Below are positions 37,901-50,400 of a stretch of 64,000 bases of DNA, piece after piece; positions within the stretch are counted from its first letter, which is position 1; each line of letters opens with the position of its first letter. A model generated the notes under the pieces. The model saw only the letters and a program-made list of their open reading frames with translations, searched no databases and was not told the DNA's origin. Origin of the DNA: Macrostomum lignano (Eukaryota); contig NIVC01000262.1 of the NCBI GenBank assembly GCA_002269645.1, forward strand, positions 310,001 to 374,000, read 5' to 3'. A program made the position numbers and the translations under genes.

Positions 37901-39110
37901 CGAATCTATGACTGTTTATGTGACCGAATCTATGACTGTTTATGTGACCGAATCTATGACTGTTTATGTGACCGAATCTATGACTGTTTATATGACCAAC
38001 TCTATGACTGTTTATGTGACCGAATCTATGACTGTTTATATGACCGAATCTATGACTGTTTATGTGACCGAATCTATGACTGTTTATATGACCAACTCTA
38101 TGACTGTTTATGTGACCGAATATATGACTGTTTATGTGACCGAATCTATGACTGTTTATATGACCAACTCTATGACTGTTTATGTGACCGAATATATGAC
38201 TGTTTATATGACCAACTCTATGACTGTTTATGTGACCGAATCTATGACTGTTTATATGACCGAATCTATGACTGTTTATATGACCAACTCTATGACTGTT
38301 TATGTGACCGAATATATGACTGTTTTTATGACCAACTCTATGACTGTTTAGTTTGTGACCGAATCTATGACTGTTTATATGACATGCTCTATGACTGTTT
38401 AAATGACCTACTTTATGACTGTGTGCATGACTGACTCCATGACTTTTTAGATGATCGACTCTATGACTGTATTTAAGACCGAATTTATGACTGTGTTTAT
38501 GACCGACTTTATGACTGTGTTTATGACCGACTTTATGACTGTGTTTATGACCGACTTTATGACTGAATCCATGACTGTTCATATAAACGAATATGACTGT
38601 TTATATGACCAAATGTATCACTCTTTATATGACCGACTCTTTTGTAAATAATCAATCCCCTTGACCCCGCGCCAGTCGCTCCTATCTGAGCTGGTCTCGG
38701 CCAGAGCCAAAGCCAATCGGCTCGACCAGCTCACCGACGCCGGCTGGCGACGAGCCCGACAACGGCTGGCTCGCGAGACAGGCTCAGCCGTTGACGAGTT
38801 GACAAGTTTTGTTGAACTGTGCAGCCAGCTAGCGGACGGTCGGGAGCCGGACCTGGGCCTGCTGTTCCTGCCTGGCAGCTCTGCTGAGGACGGTGTCGCA
38901 GGTGGCAAGCAGTGCGAATCTGCTGACGAGATCGAAGATCAACAACAACAGCAGCAGCAGGTCGACGCTCAGGCTGGAACTGCCGCTGTTTTAGCCGAGA
39001 TGGAGCGAGTTCGAGCTTTGCGGCGGAGGCTGGATGCGGCCAGACGGGCTGTGGCTGCCCGGTATGCAGATCAGCTCAGCGGCCAGCTGCAGAGCTGCCT
39101 GGTGCAGTAA
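34923..39110 (+). CDS. CEP85: CEP85/CEP85L-like centrosomal coiled-coil protein
   Basis: Exons 34923-35353 (start uncertain), 35886-36234, 36955-37347, 38676-39110 with consistent phases. Family-like motifs LEDFLAQFPTLEE and GREPDLGLLF, and C-terminus RYADQLSGQLQSCLVQ (human: RYAQDMGENCVTQ). Confidence 0.75.
35400..35760. repeat. TGACT-rich degenerate repeat (CEP85 intron 1)
   Basis: Units such as GACTGCTATGACTCTTGAAT. Confidence 0.8.
36255..36835. repeat. 23-25-bp minisatellite ATGACACCTCACTGACTCATAGCAT (CEP85 intron 2)
   Basis: Direct reading. Confidence 0.9.
37365..38640. repeat. 24-bp minisatellite TCTATGACTGTTTATGTGACCGAA with degenerate flanks (CEP85 intron 3)
   Basis: Direct reading. 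Confidence 0.92.
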
Positions 39111-39179
39111 CTGGGCAGCGGCTGCGTGTGTAAATATTCACTCCAGCTTTGCTCCATTCTAAAATAGACATTCCGAATT

Positions 39180-39782
39180 CGGATCCAGATCCTCGGTTGC
39201 TAAGCCGCCAGCCTCTCAGATCCCCAGTTGCTGGGCTACCAGCCTCCCAGATCCTCGGTTGCTAAGCCGCCAGCCTCCCAGATCCTCAGTTGCTGGGTCA
39301 TCAGCCTTCCAGATCCTCAGTTGCTGGGCCACCAGCCTCCCAGATCCCCAGTTGCTGGGCCACCAGCCTCCCAGCCTCCCAGATCCTCAGTTGCTGGGCC
39401 AGCCCCCCAGATCCCCAGTTGCTGGGCCACCAGCCTCCCAGATCCTCGGTTGCTGGGCCACCAGCCTCCCAGATCCTCAGTTGCTGGGCCAGCCTCCCAG
39501 ATCCCCAGTTGCTGGGCCACCAGCCTCCCAGATCCCCAGTTGCTGGGCCACCAGCCTCCCAGATCCTCGGTTGCTGGGCCACCAGCCTCCCAGATCCTCA
39601 GTTGCTGGGCCAGCCTCCCAGATTCTCAGTTGCTGGGCCACCAGCTTCCCAGATCCCCAGTTGCTGGGCCACCAGCCTCCCAGATCCTCAGTTGCTGGGC
39701 CACCAGCCTCCCAGATCCTCAGTTGCTGGGCCACCAGCCTCCCAGATCCTCGGTTGCTGGGCCAACAGCCTCCCAGATCCTG
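39180..39782 (+). repeat. 28-31-bp minisatellite CCACCAGCCTCCCAGATCCTCAGTTGCTGGG just downstream of the CEP85 stop
   Basis: Direct reading. Confidence 0.92.
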
Positions 39783-40384
39783 GGCTTTATCGCATCTGAA
39801 GTTTATGCTCCTGCTGCTGCTGTAATATAGCAGTTTTTATTAACGTTTTGCTCTGTACATATGCTACTTACTGAGCGCCTCAGTATTTCAGTAGTAACTG
39901 CTGCGTAATACAGAGCCACATCTTCTCAATTCGCTTTTAAAGTGTGCCGGTCGCGTGCGTATTTCATATTTAATTAGCACCCTCCTGTCTGAGACTTGGC
40001 TGCTAGTTTATGATTTATTGCCGTCCTCAAAATGAACTTCAAAGTCAGGTAAATTAAATAAAAATCTTCACAGTTTTACAAAGAATACTGCATCCATTCA
40101 AATATCACCGATGTTACTATTGCAGTGTCTGCAGTGCTACACTTGATTTTGCCTGACAAATCAATCAATCAATCAATCAATACACCAAATCAGTCAATTA
40201 ATTGTCTATTGACATAAACTAGCAAATAAAGCACTGTGTTTCTGTCGATGATTTCAAATTTCTTTTTTGTTCGCTGCTTTGTCATAGCGTTTTTATTTAT
40301 TTATGAAATTTTGAAATTTTTATAATAAAACTGGTGTGTAGGATATGAATAAATTGAAACGATTTTAAGGGTTTTTAAATTTCT

Positions 40385-40900
40385 CGAGCTCAAAATCTTC
40401 TTAAGCTTAAAACTTCTCAAGCTCGAAGCTTCTAAAGCTCAAAACTTCTTAAGCTCAAAAATTCTTAAGCTCAACACTTCTCAAGCTCAAAACCTTCTCA
40501 AGCTCAAAACCTTCTCAAGCTCAAAACCTTCTCAAGCTTGAAGCTTCTAAAGCTCAAAACCTTCTCAAGCTTGAAGCTTCTAAAGCTCAAAACCTTCTCA
40601 AGCTCAAAACCTTCTCAAGCTCAAAACTTCTCAAGCTCAAAACTTCTCAAGCTCAAAACCTTCTCAAGCTCAAAACTTCTCAAGCTCAAAACCTTCTCAA
40701 GCTCAAAACCTTCTCAAGCTCTAAACTCATCAAGCTCAAAACCTGAAGTTCAAAACCTTCTCAATCTCAAAACTCATCAAGCTCAAAACTCATCAAGCTC
40801 AAAACAAAACTCATCAAGCTCAAAACCTGAAGTTCAAAACCTTCTCAAGCTCTAAGCTCTCAAGCTCAAAACTTCTCAAACTCGATGCTTGACAAGCTAA
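40385..40900. repeat. 16-17-bp minisatellite TCAAGCTCAAAA(C)CTTC between CEP85 and BRCA2
   Basis: Direct reading. Confidence 0.88.
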
Positions 40901-41372
40901 AAAAATTCTTGAGTTCGATAATAAACATCGTCAAAAAATCTTCCTAGGCACTGTCACTAGCCCAATTTGCTAAAAAGCTTCACGATTTCGACAATGCAAA
41001 ATTATTGTAAAAGGGACTGCAAGTTTATTACCATGCACTACAGTGTTGTCTGGCACAACTGGCATTAATTGACTTCAGCTGTCTATTTGCACTCGCATAG
41101 CAACAATCTACGAGTAGATAATATGACTTATGCAATGTAGGATTAACAGAAAAGTAATTAAAACACCGAGCACAACTCAGATCAGAATATAATTACCTCA
41201 CGGATACATCTTCAGTCATATTTTTTTGAGGAAATTCAATGGCACTCGTGTGTACTTATCGTACTTATATACTACTTTCAGCGACCAAGAATCAATCTCT
41301 AACAAGTACCAGACTGCCTACTAACCCGCACCGATCTCTAAAAATAGTGCATAGCAACTAAATAGCAATCGA

Positions 41373-44300
41373 ATGTCGATACCCATCGGGCACAATGTCG
41401 AATTGAAAGCCAGCGTGGCCAGTCTGATCGAATTCGTACACGACAGTTTGCACCGGGACGACCTGGGCGACACCGGCGACTCAGCTGGGCAGCAGAATGA
41501 CTTCTGGGCGTTGGTCACGCCCGAGATTGCTCAGTCGCGTGAGTGGGGATTTACCGAACGTACTGAACTACTTTGTCAAGTTAGTAGCATCTTTAGGGTT
41601 TTACATTTACCCTTCTAGAAATCAACAAATCCTCTAGCAAAATACGTCTCTAATGCATACAATGTAGTTTACAAGTTCAGTGTTGAAGCCTTCTGGACCC
41701 TCATTTGCTGGGCGACCGCTAAGCCTCCCAGATCCTCAGTTGCTAGGCAAGCTTACCAGATACTCAGTTGCTAGGCGAGCTTACCAGATCCTCAGTTGCT
41801 AGGCAAGCTTACCAGATCCTCAGTTGCTAGGCAAGCTTACCAGATACTCAGTTGCTAGGCGAGCTTACCAGATCCTCAGTTGCTAGGCAAGCTTACCAGA
41901 TCCTCAGTTGCTAGGCGAGCTTACCAGATACTCAGTTGCTAGGCGAGCTTACCAGATCCTCAGTTGCTAGGCAAGCTTACCAGATCCTCAGTTGCTAGGC
42001 GAGCTTACCAGATCCTTAGTTGCTAGGCAAGCTTACCAGATCCTCAGTTGCTAGGCAAGCTTACCAGATCCTCAGTTGCTAGGCAAGCTTACCAGATCCT
42101 CAGTTGCTAGGCGAGCTTACCAGATCCTTAGTTGCTAGGCAAGCTTACCAGATCCTCAGTTGCTAGGCAAGCTTACCAGATCCTCAGTTGCTAGGCAAGC
42201 TTACTAGATCCTCAGTTGCTAGGCAAGCTTACCAGATCCTCAGTTGCTAGGCAAGCTTACCAGATCCTCAGTTGCTAGGCAAGCTTACCAGATCCTCAGT
42301 TGCTAGGCAAGCTTACCAGATCCTCAGTTGCTAGGCAAGCTTACCAGATCCTCAGTTGCTAGGCAAGCTTACCAGATCTCATGTTGATAAAAATCTCTCC
42401 ATCCCGCAGTCTCAAAGCCGGCAACCCCCGAGCCGACAGCTGCAGCTGCTCCAGCAGCAACATCAGCAGCAGCTGTCAATCAGCAGTGCGCTGCCTCGCT
42501 TGATGACGATCTGGACTGTTGCGATCCAGCGCTACGGCCCGCCACTGCCACAGCTGCTGCTGCTGCCGAGACCACCGTAGCTTTCGAGGTTCGTGTACAC
42601 CCTGTGTGAGCGTGTGCATGAGTGCCTGCAGTACTGTGTTGGCTCGCTTGTGTGCTCAGTAGTCAGGCGCCGGGGTACAAATGCTAACTGGAGTAACAGT
42701 AGCAAAGTGCATTCTCCCGCAGCCATTCTATCTGGACAACATTCCATCGTTGCGGCCACATCGAGACCTTCTGAAACTCTTGGCCCACTGGTCGGTGCCT
42801 CTGGTTTATCCTACTGACGCCGAGACGCGCCAAGATGTCGCCATTGTCACCGCGGAAGCTCGCGAGGCTTTGGACTGTCGGATTGCATCCAGGCGGCGCA
42901 CCAGCCCACCAGAGCCGCGTAGCAACTGTCCTGACCCAGTTCCACCTGTCCAACTGACAGACGAAGCACAAAATAAGCCAGCAGCAACCGACTCGAACTC
43001 AGTAGGCGAAATGGATTACGGCGATTTGACTGCTACGCAAATTCGCGACGTGAAAGAAGGCGTCGAGGCTCTTCTAGCCGACTGCAGCTTGAACTTTACA
43101 CAGAATGTGCTGGCTGAAAGTGCAGCTAGGCTGGACAGGGACAAAGACCTAACGGATAATGATCTTAGAGACAAAGACCTCGAAGAGGAGGACGAGGACA
43201 CTAGCTGGCTGCGAAGTAACATTGGTAAACCTTCCAGCGGTGTGAACAGTGCTTTGAAAAATCCTGCTGGGTTCTGTACAGCCTCAGGCAGATTGGTCAG
43301 CTTCTCAGCTGAGGCCATGCGAAAAGCCAAACAATTGGAGGATGAGGCGGCCAACCATCGGAGCAACGAGAATCTTGCCGAATCTGGTAGGAAATTGTCG
43401 CCAGAAAGCGTCGATATGAAGGGTGGGTTTTCAACCGCCGGTGGTAAATCTTTGCAAGTATCGACGTCCGCTCTGCGTAAGGCGCGGCAGCTAGCCGAGG
43501 ACGCGGAACTGGAACCCGTTAGTAACAACAGGCCTGTCAATCAGGGTCCGGCCGGCTTCTCCACCGCAGGCGGGCGTTCGGTTGGCGTTTCAGCTTCGGC
43601 GTTGAAGCGAGCGCAGAAACTGCTTGATGAAGCCGATAAAGACAGTCCCAGATGCAGCTCGGCTGCCACAGCTTCAAGTACTTCTAGTGGCGGGGCTGGC
43701 GGCGGCTTCTCCACAGCGGGCGGTCGGGCTGTGCAGGTATCGGCCAGCGCCATGGCTCGGGCCAAAGCCCTGGCTGCGGCTGCTGAGAATGAGGATTCCG
43801 CTCCGGCAAATCCTTCGACCAAAGCTGCTCAACCAAGTCCGCAGACTCCGAATGCCATGTCCACTCCCAGACAGCAGATGCCGAGGCCACGGACCACCCC
43901 CATGCTGGTGCAGCATCGGACGCCTCGGCTGAGCACGCCAGTGGGTGGGGCTGCTTCGGCGTCTTCGGCGACTCCGGCTACTAAGGGTGCGTTCTACCGG
44001 TTCAAGCCCGCGCCCTCGCCTGCCGCTGCTCCTCGGCGACAGTTGCAGCCGCAGACTCCGACTGCTCCGACTGCTGCTGCGGTTTGTGTGAACTGCGGGT
44101 TACAGATTCTGTGTTGCTGGGCCTCCATTCTCAGATCCCCAATTGCTGGGCCTCCATTCTCAGGTCCCCAGTTGCTGGGCCCCCATTCTCAGATCCCCAG
44201 TTGCTAGGCCCCCATTCTCAGATCCCCAGTTGCTAGGCCCCCATTCTCAGATCCCCAGTTGCTGGGCCTCCATTCTCAGATCCCTCCAGTTGCTGGGCCT

Positions 44301-44852
44301 CCATTCTCAGATCCCTCCAGTTGCTGGGCCTCCATTCTCAGATCCCTCCAGTTGCTGGGCCAGCCTCCCAGATCCTCAGATGATGGCCCACCAGCCTCCC
44401 AGATCCAGCGCAGACGTCCGTCAAAGGTGAATGCAGTTCAATCATGTTTTTGCGCCCCCTCAGCAGGCCACGGAGAAGGGCCTGGGCGAACTCAGCCTGG
44501 CCAGACTCCGCCTTGCCGCATCGGGCGAGCGAGTCAGCCTGTCTGCCTCCCCGATTCCCGACTCCGCCGGTCTCCAGCCGACCATGGACTTCGAATTGGC
44601 CGGCGATTTTCGTTTCTCTGACGGCACTGGTTGGTCGGATCTGCTCACGAAGTTGCGCTCTCAGCCTGGGATTCGAGCCCCGGCCCTCACAGAGGCTTGG
44701 TTTCGCAATCATTACCGGTTGCTGGTATGGCGAATGTCGGCCAGAGGCGCAGCTGCCCCCGATGAAGATTTTGGGGTGAAATATTTCAGCCCGGAACACC
44801 TGCTGCACCAGCTGAGGTATCGCTATGATAGAGAGTTCGTTTTGGGACACCG
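41373..44852 (+). CDS. BRCA2: BRCA2 homolog: N-terminus, 4 BRC repeats and helical domain; downstream OB-fold exons not found in window
   Basis: Exons 41373-41538, 42410-42588, 42723-44081, 44464-44852 (CG|GTAAGT). BRC repeats at ~43270-43790: GFCTASGRLVSFS, GFSTAGGKSLQVS, GFSTAGGRSVGVS, GFSTAGGRAVQVS. Helical domain WFRNHYRLLVWRM...FSPEHLLHQLRYRYDRE. Confidence 0.9.
41700..42376 (+). repeat. 28-bp minisatellite GATCCTCAGTTGCTAGGCAAGCTTACCA (BRCA2 intron 1)
   Basis: Direct reading; shares the CAGATCCTCAGTTGCT core with the family above. Confidence 0.93.
44104..44404 (+). repeat. 28-29-bp minisatellite CCCATTCTCAGATCCCCAGTTGCTGGGC (BRCA2 intron 3)
   Basis: Direct reading; same core family. 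Confidence 0.9.
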
Positions 44853-44934
44853 GTAAGTGCTTTAACTAGTGGATACTGTTGTTGTCTTGCTTATGTGGGA
44901 TTGACCGCTTCTTATATTGTGCGAGCAGATTTAA

Positions 44935-47290
44935 AATTTGTGTCAGTAGATTAATAACTTGTGTCAGTAGATTAATGATTTGTGTCAGTGGGTTTATGAT
45001 TTGTGTCAGTAGATTTTTATTTGTGTCAGTAGGTTTATGATTTGTGTTAGTAAAGTAATGATTTATGTCAGTAGGTTTATGAATTGTGTCAGTAAATTAA
45101 TGATTTGTGTCAGTAGGTTTATGAATTGTGTCAGTAAAGTAATGATTTGTGTCAGTAGGTTTATGAATTGTGTCAGTAAATTAATGATTTGTGTCAGTAG
45201 GTTTATGATTTGTGTCAGTAAAGTAATGATTTGTGTCAGTAGGTTTATGAATTGTGTCAGTAAATTAATGATTTGTGTCAGTAAAGTAATGATTTGTGTC
45301 AGTAGGTTTATGAATTGTGTCAGTAAATTAATGATTTGTGTCAGTAAAGTAATGATTTGCGTCAGTAGTTTATGATTTGTGTCAGTAAAGTAAGGATTTA
45401 TGTCAGTAAAGTAATGGTTTGTGTCAGTAAGTTTATGATTTGTGTCAGTAAAGTAATTATTTGTGTCAGTAGGTTTATGAATTGTGTCAGTAAAGTAATG
45501 ATTTGTGTCAGTAAAGTAATGATTTGTGTCAGTAAAGTAATGATTTGTGTCAGTAAAGTAATTATTTGTGTCAGTAGGTTTATGAATTGTGTCAGTAAAT
45601 TAATGATTTGTGTCAGTAGGTTTATGATTTGTGTCAGTAAAGTAATGATTTGCGTCAGTAGTTTATGATTTGTGTCAGTAAAGTAATGATTTGTGTCAGT
45701 AAGTTTATGATTTGTGTCAGTAAAGTAATTATTTGTGTCAGTAGGTTTATGAATTGTGTCAGTAAATTAATGATTTGTGTCAGTAGGTTTATGATTTGTG
45801 TCAGTAAAGTAATGATTTGTGTCAGTAGGTTTATGAATTGTGTCAGTAAATTAATGATTTGTGTCAGTAGGTTTATGAATTGTGTCAGTAAATTAATGAT
45901 TTGTGTCAGTAGGTTTATGAATTGTGTCAGTAAATTAATGATTTGTGTCAGTAAAGTAATGATTTGTGTCAGTTGTTTATGATTTGTGTCAGTAAAGTAA
46001 GTATTTATGTCAGTAGGTTTATGATTTGTGTCAGTAAAGTAATGATTTGTGTCAGTAGGTTTATGAATTGTGTCAGTAAATTAATGATTTGTGTCAGTAA
46101 AGTAATGATTTGTGTCAGTAGTTTATGATTTGTGTCAGTAAAGTAATGATTTGTGTCAGTAAAGTAAGGATTTATGCCAGTAAAGTAATGGTTTGTGTCA
46201 GTAAATTAATGATTTGTGTCAGTAGGTTTATGATTTGTGTCAGTAAAGTAATGATTTGTGTCAGTAGGTTTATGATTTGTGTCAGTAAAGTAATGATTTG
46301 TGTCAGTAGGTTTATGAATTGTGTCAGTAAATTAATGATTTGTGTCAGTAAAGTAATGATTTGTGTCAGTTGTTTATGATTTGTGTCAGTAAAGTAAGGA
46401 TTTGTGTCAGTAAAGTAATGATTTGTGTCAGTAAAGTAAGGATTTATGTCAGCAAAGTAATGATTTGTGTCAGTAAAGTAATGATTTATGTCAGTAAAGT
46501 AATGATTTGTGTCAGTAAAGTAATGATTTGTGTCAGTAGTTTATGATTTGTGTCAGTAAAGTAATGATTTGTGTCAGTAGGTTTATGAATTGTGTCAGTA
46601 AATTAATGATTTGTGTCAGTAAATTAATGATTTGTGTCAGTAAAGTAATGATTTGCGTCAGTAGTTTATGATTTGTGTCAGTAAAGTAAGGATTTATGTC
46701 AGTAAAGTAATGGTTTGTGTCAGTAAGTTTATGATTTGTGTCAGTAAAGTAATTATTTGTGTCAGTAGGTTTATGAATTGTGTCAGTAAAGTAATGATTT
46801 GTGTCAGTAAAGTAATGATTTGTGTCAGTAAAGTAATGATTTGTGTCAGTAAAGTAATTATTTGTGTCAGTAGGTTTATGAATTGTGTCAGTAAATTAAT
46901 GATTTGTGTCAGTAGGTTTATGATTTGTGTCAGTAAAGTAATGATTTGTGTCAGTAGGTTTATGAATTGTGTCAGTAAATTAATGATTTGTGTCAGTAAA
47001 GTAATGATTTGTGTCAGTTGTTTATGATTTGTGTCAGTAAAGTAATAATTTATGTCAGTAAAGTAATGATTTGTGTCAGTAAAGTAATGATTTGTGTCAG
47101 TAGTTTATGATTTGTGTCAGTAAAGTAATGATTTGTGTCAGTAAAGTAAGGATTTATGTCAGTAAAGTAATGATTTGTGTCAGTAAAGTAATAATTTGTG
47201 TCAGTAAAGTAATAATTTATGTCAGTAGAGTAATGATTTGTGTTATTAGAGTAATGATTTGTGTTATTAGAGTAATGGTTTGTGTCAATC
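44935..47290. repeat. 21-bp minisatellite ATGATTTGTGTCAGTAAAGTA, >100 copies, after the last BRCA2 exon
   Basis: Direct reading. Confidence 0.95.
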
Positions 47291-47491
47291 GATTGTTTGT
47301 TTGTGTCACTATCTATGTATTTATTAGTGTTTAGTTACATTTATACAAAGTCGCAACAATTTGATTTCGCATTGTCCAGTTTACATGGTGCAAGGTACTG
47401 TTGCGTATAATAAGCCTGTTTGATCCCTTTGGTGACAAAAGTACATAAGTTAGTAATTTGACTGTTTAGTTCATAGAATTTGCAAGCTAGA

Positions 47492-50400
47492 CTAAAAAAT
47501 CGTGATGCTCTTCTTCAAGTTCGCCTCAGCGATTCGATGCAGCACTTCTTTGAACAGGGGCTTCATGCTGTCAATGTCTATGGCCGTGATGAGGTGCGTG
47601 TAGATTCTCTTGGACTTTGGCATGTTCTTCGGTATGAGGCTGGTGAACTTCTCTTTGATGTACTGCGCGCACTGGTTCACCTCGTCGTGGCCTGGAGATT
47701 GAGGACGATTGAGGAGGATCAAACTTGATGTCTCGATTCTGTTTGTTCGTTGTTCCCTATATTAAGGCGATTTTCTCATATATTCAGGGCGATTTTCTTA
47801 GATAATCAGGGCGATTTTGATGGATAATCAGGGCGATTTTGATGGATAATCAGGGCGATTTTGATGGATAATCAGGGCGATTTTGATGGATAATCAGGGC
47901 GATTTGCTTGGATAATCAGGGCGATTTTGATGGATAATCAGGGCGATTTTGATGGATAATCAGGGCGATTTTGATGGATAATCAGGGCGATTTTGATGGA
48001 TAATCAGGGCGATTTGCTTGGATAATCAGGGCGATTTTGATGGATAATCAGGGCGATTTTGATGGATAATCAGGGCGATTTTGATGGATAATCAGGGCGA
48101 TTTTGATGGATAATCAGGGCGATTTTGATGGATAATCAGGGCGATTTTGATGGATAATCAGGGCGATTTTGATGGATAATCAGGGCGATTTTGATGGATA
48201 ATCAGGGCGATTTGCTTGGATAATCAGGGCGATTTTGATGGATAATCAGGGCGATTTTGATGGATAATCAGGGTGATTTGCTTGGATAATCAGGTCGATT
48301 TTCCTGGATAATCAAGGTGATTTGCTTGGATAACCAGGGGCGATTTCTCTGAAACATCTCACCTCGATAGTCCGGAAACAGTCCTGTAATACTCTTGGAC
48401 TTCAACTTCTGCTCGAACACGTCCAATTTGTTTAAGAACAGAAAGAAATCCTTCTTCCACAGGTACTTGTTGCTGATGATCTCGCTGAATGTTGATAGAC
48501 AGTCGGACATTTTAATTGTCTGGAGAATGTACAGATGGATTGTCTGTTTATGACATGATTTATGATGATCAATGATTTAGAAAGACGTGCGTGGTTTCTC
48601 ACCGTTCTGTCCTCCTCTTCGACAAGCTCGCCGAAGCCAGACAGAGAGCTGACGAATAGCACTGCGTTGACGTCTTCGAAATAGTGAATCCACTTGTGCC
48701 GCTGGCTTCTCTGGCCTGCCAGATCGATCATGCTGTCGTTTTGAATGAAAATTGGGCGGATTTTTATTGCAGATAAATTGATTGACTTGGCTGATGATAT
48801 CCAGATGTGATGAAAAAGCCAAGGAGGTCGGACACAGATAGACAGGGGGTGCGCACAGATAGGGGTGTACACAGATAGACAGGAGGTGTACACAGATAGA
48901 CAGGGGTGTACACAGATAGACAGGGGGTGTACACAGATAGACAGGGGGTGTACACAGATAGACAGGGATGTACACAGATAGACAGGGGTGTACACAGATA
49001 GACAGGGGTGTACACAGATAGGGGGTGTACACAGATAGGGGGTGTACACAGATAGACAGGGGGTGTACACAGATAGACAGGGGGTGTACACAGATGATTC
49101 AGATTCAAGGAGGTGGACACAAAACATTTTAGGGAGTTGAATTTAGGGAATTTAGGGAAACAGACACATTGGAGGCTGGGAGGTGGACACAGCGGATGCA
49201 AAAAGGTGGACTCAACAGCGACCGGGAAATGGACACAACAGCGACAGAGAGCCGGACACACACAGCGACAGAGAGCTGGACACACACAGCGACAGAGAGC
49301 TGGACACACACAGCGACAGGAAGATGGACATAACAGCGACAGAGAGGTAGAAACACACAGCGACAGGAAGATGAACACAACAGTGACAGGAAGATGGACA
49401 CAACAGTGACAGGAAGATGGACACAACAGTGACAGGAAGATGGACACAACAGTGACAGGAAGATGGACATAACAGCGACAGGAAGATTGACATAACAGCG
49501 ACAGAGAGGTGGACACACACAGCGACAGGAAGATGGACACAACAGTGACAGGAAGATGGACATAACAGCGACAGGAAGATGAACACAACAGTGACAGGAA
49601 GATGGACATAACAGCGACAGGAAGATGAACACAACAGTGACAGGAAGATGGACATAACAGCGACAGGAAGATGAACACAACAGTGACAGGAAGATGGACA
49701 CAACAGTGACAGGAAGATGGACACAACAGTGACAGGAAGATGGACATAACAGCGACAGGAAGATTGACATAACAGCGACAGAGAGGTGGACACACACAGC
49801 GACAGGAAGATGGACACAACAGTGACAGGAAGATGGACATAACAGCGACAGGAAGATGAACACAACAGTGACAGGAAGATGGACATAACAGCGACAGGAA
49901 GATGAACACAACAGTGACAGGAAGATGGACATAACAGCGACAGGAAGATGAACACAACAGTGACAGGAAGATGGACACAACAGTGACAGGAAGATGAACA
50001 CAACAGTGACAGGAAGATGGACACAACAGTGACAGGAAGATGGACATAACAGCGACAGGAAGATGGACATAACAGCGACAGAGAGGTGGACACAGCGGAT
50101 GCAAAGAGGTGGACACAACAGTGACAGGAAGGTGGACACAGCGGATGCAACGAGGTGGACACAGCAGCGACCAGTAAATGGACACTACAGCGACAGGGAG
50201 GTGGACAAAGCGAGTACAAAGAGGTGGACACAGAAGCGACAGGAAAGTAGACACAGAACATTCTGCATCCGCTTTAAGCTCACCGAAAAGTGGTGCCAGC
50301 AATTTGAAATTCGGTCTGTCTGACTGCGTCGCTCGGCTTGCGAATGGCCAAAATATCTTGCAGCGTTGGCACATAGTCCTCTTGAATGACGCGATCCACG

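Noticed and set aside
39180-44404. CRISPR-like appearance of a constant core with variable linkers
   Set aside because: The linkers are short and homogeneous within each array rather than unique spacers, the context is eukaryotic, and no cas genes are present.
47380-47410. Possible tiny terminal BRCA2 exon (RLHGARYCCV-stop)
   Set aside because: It has no BRCA2 similarity and lies in the probable G-alpha 3' UTR; it is kept only as a possibility for 3' RACE.
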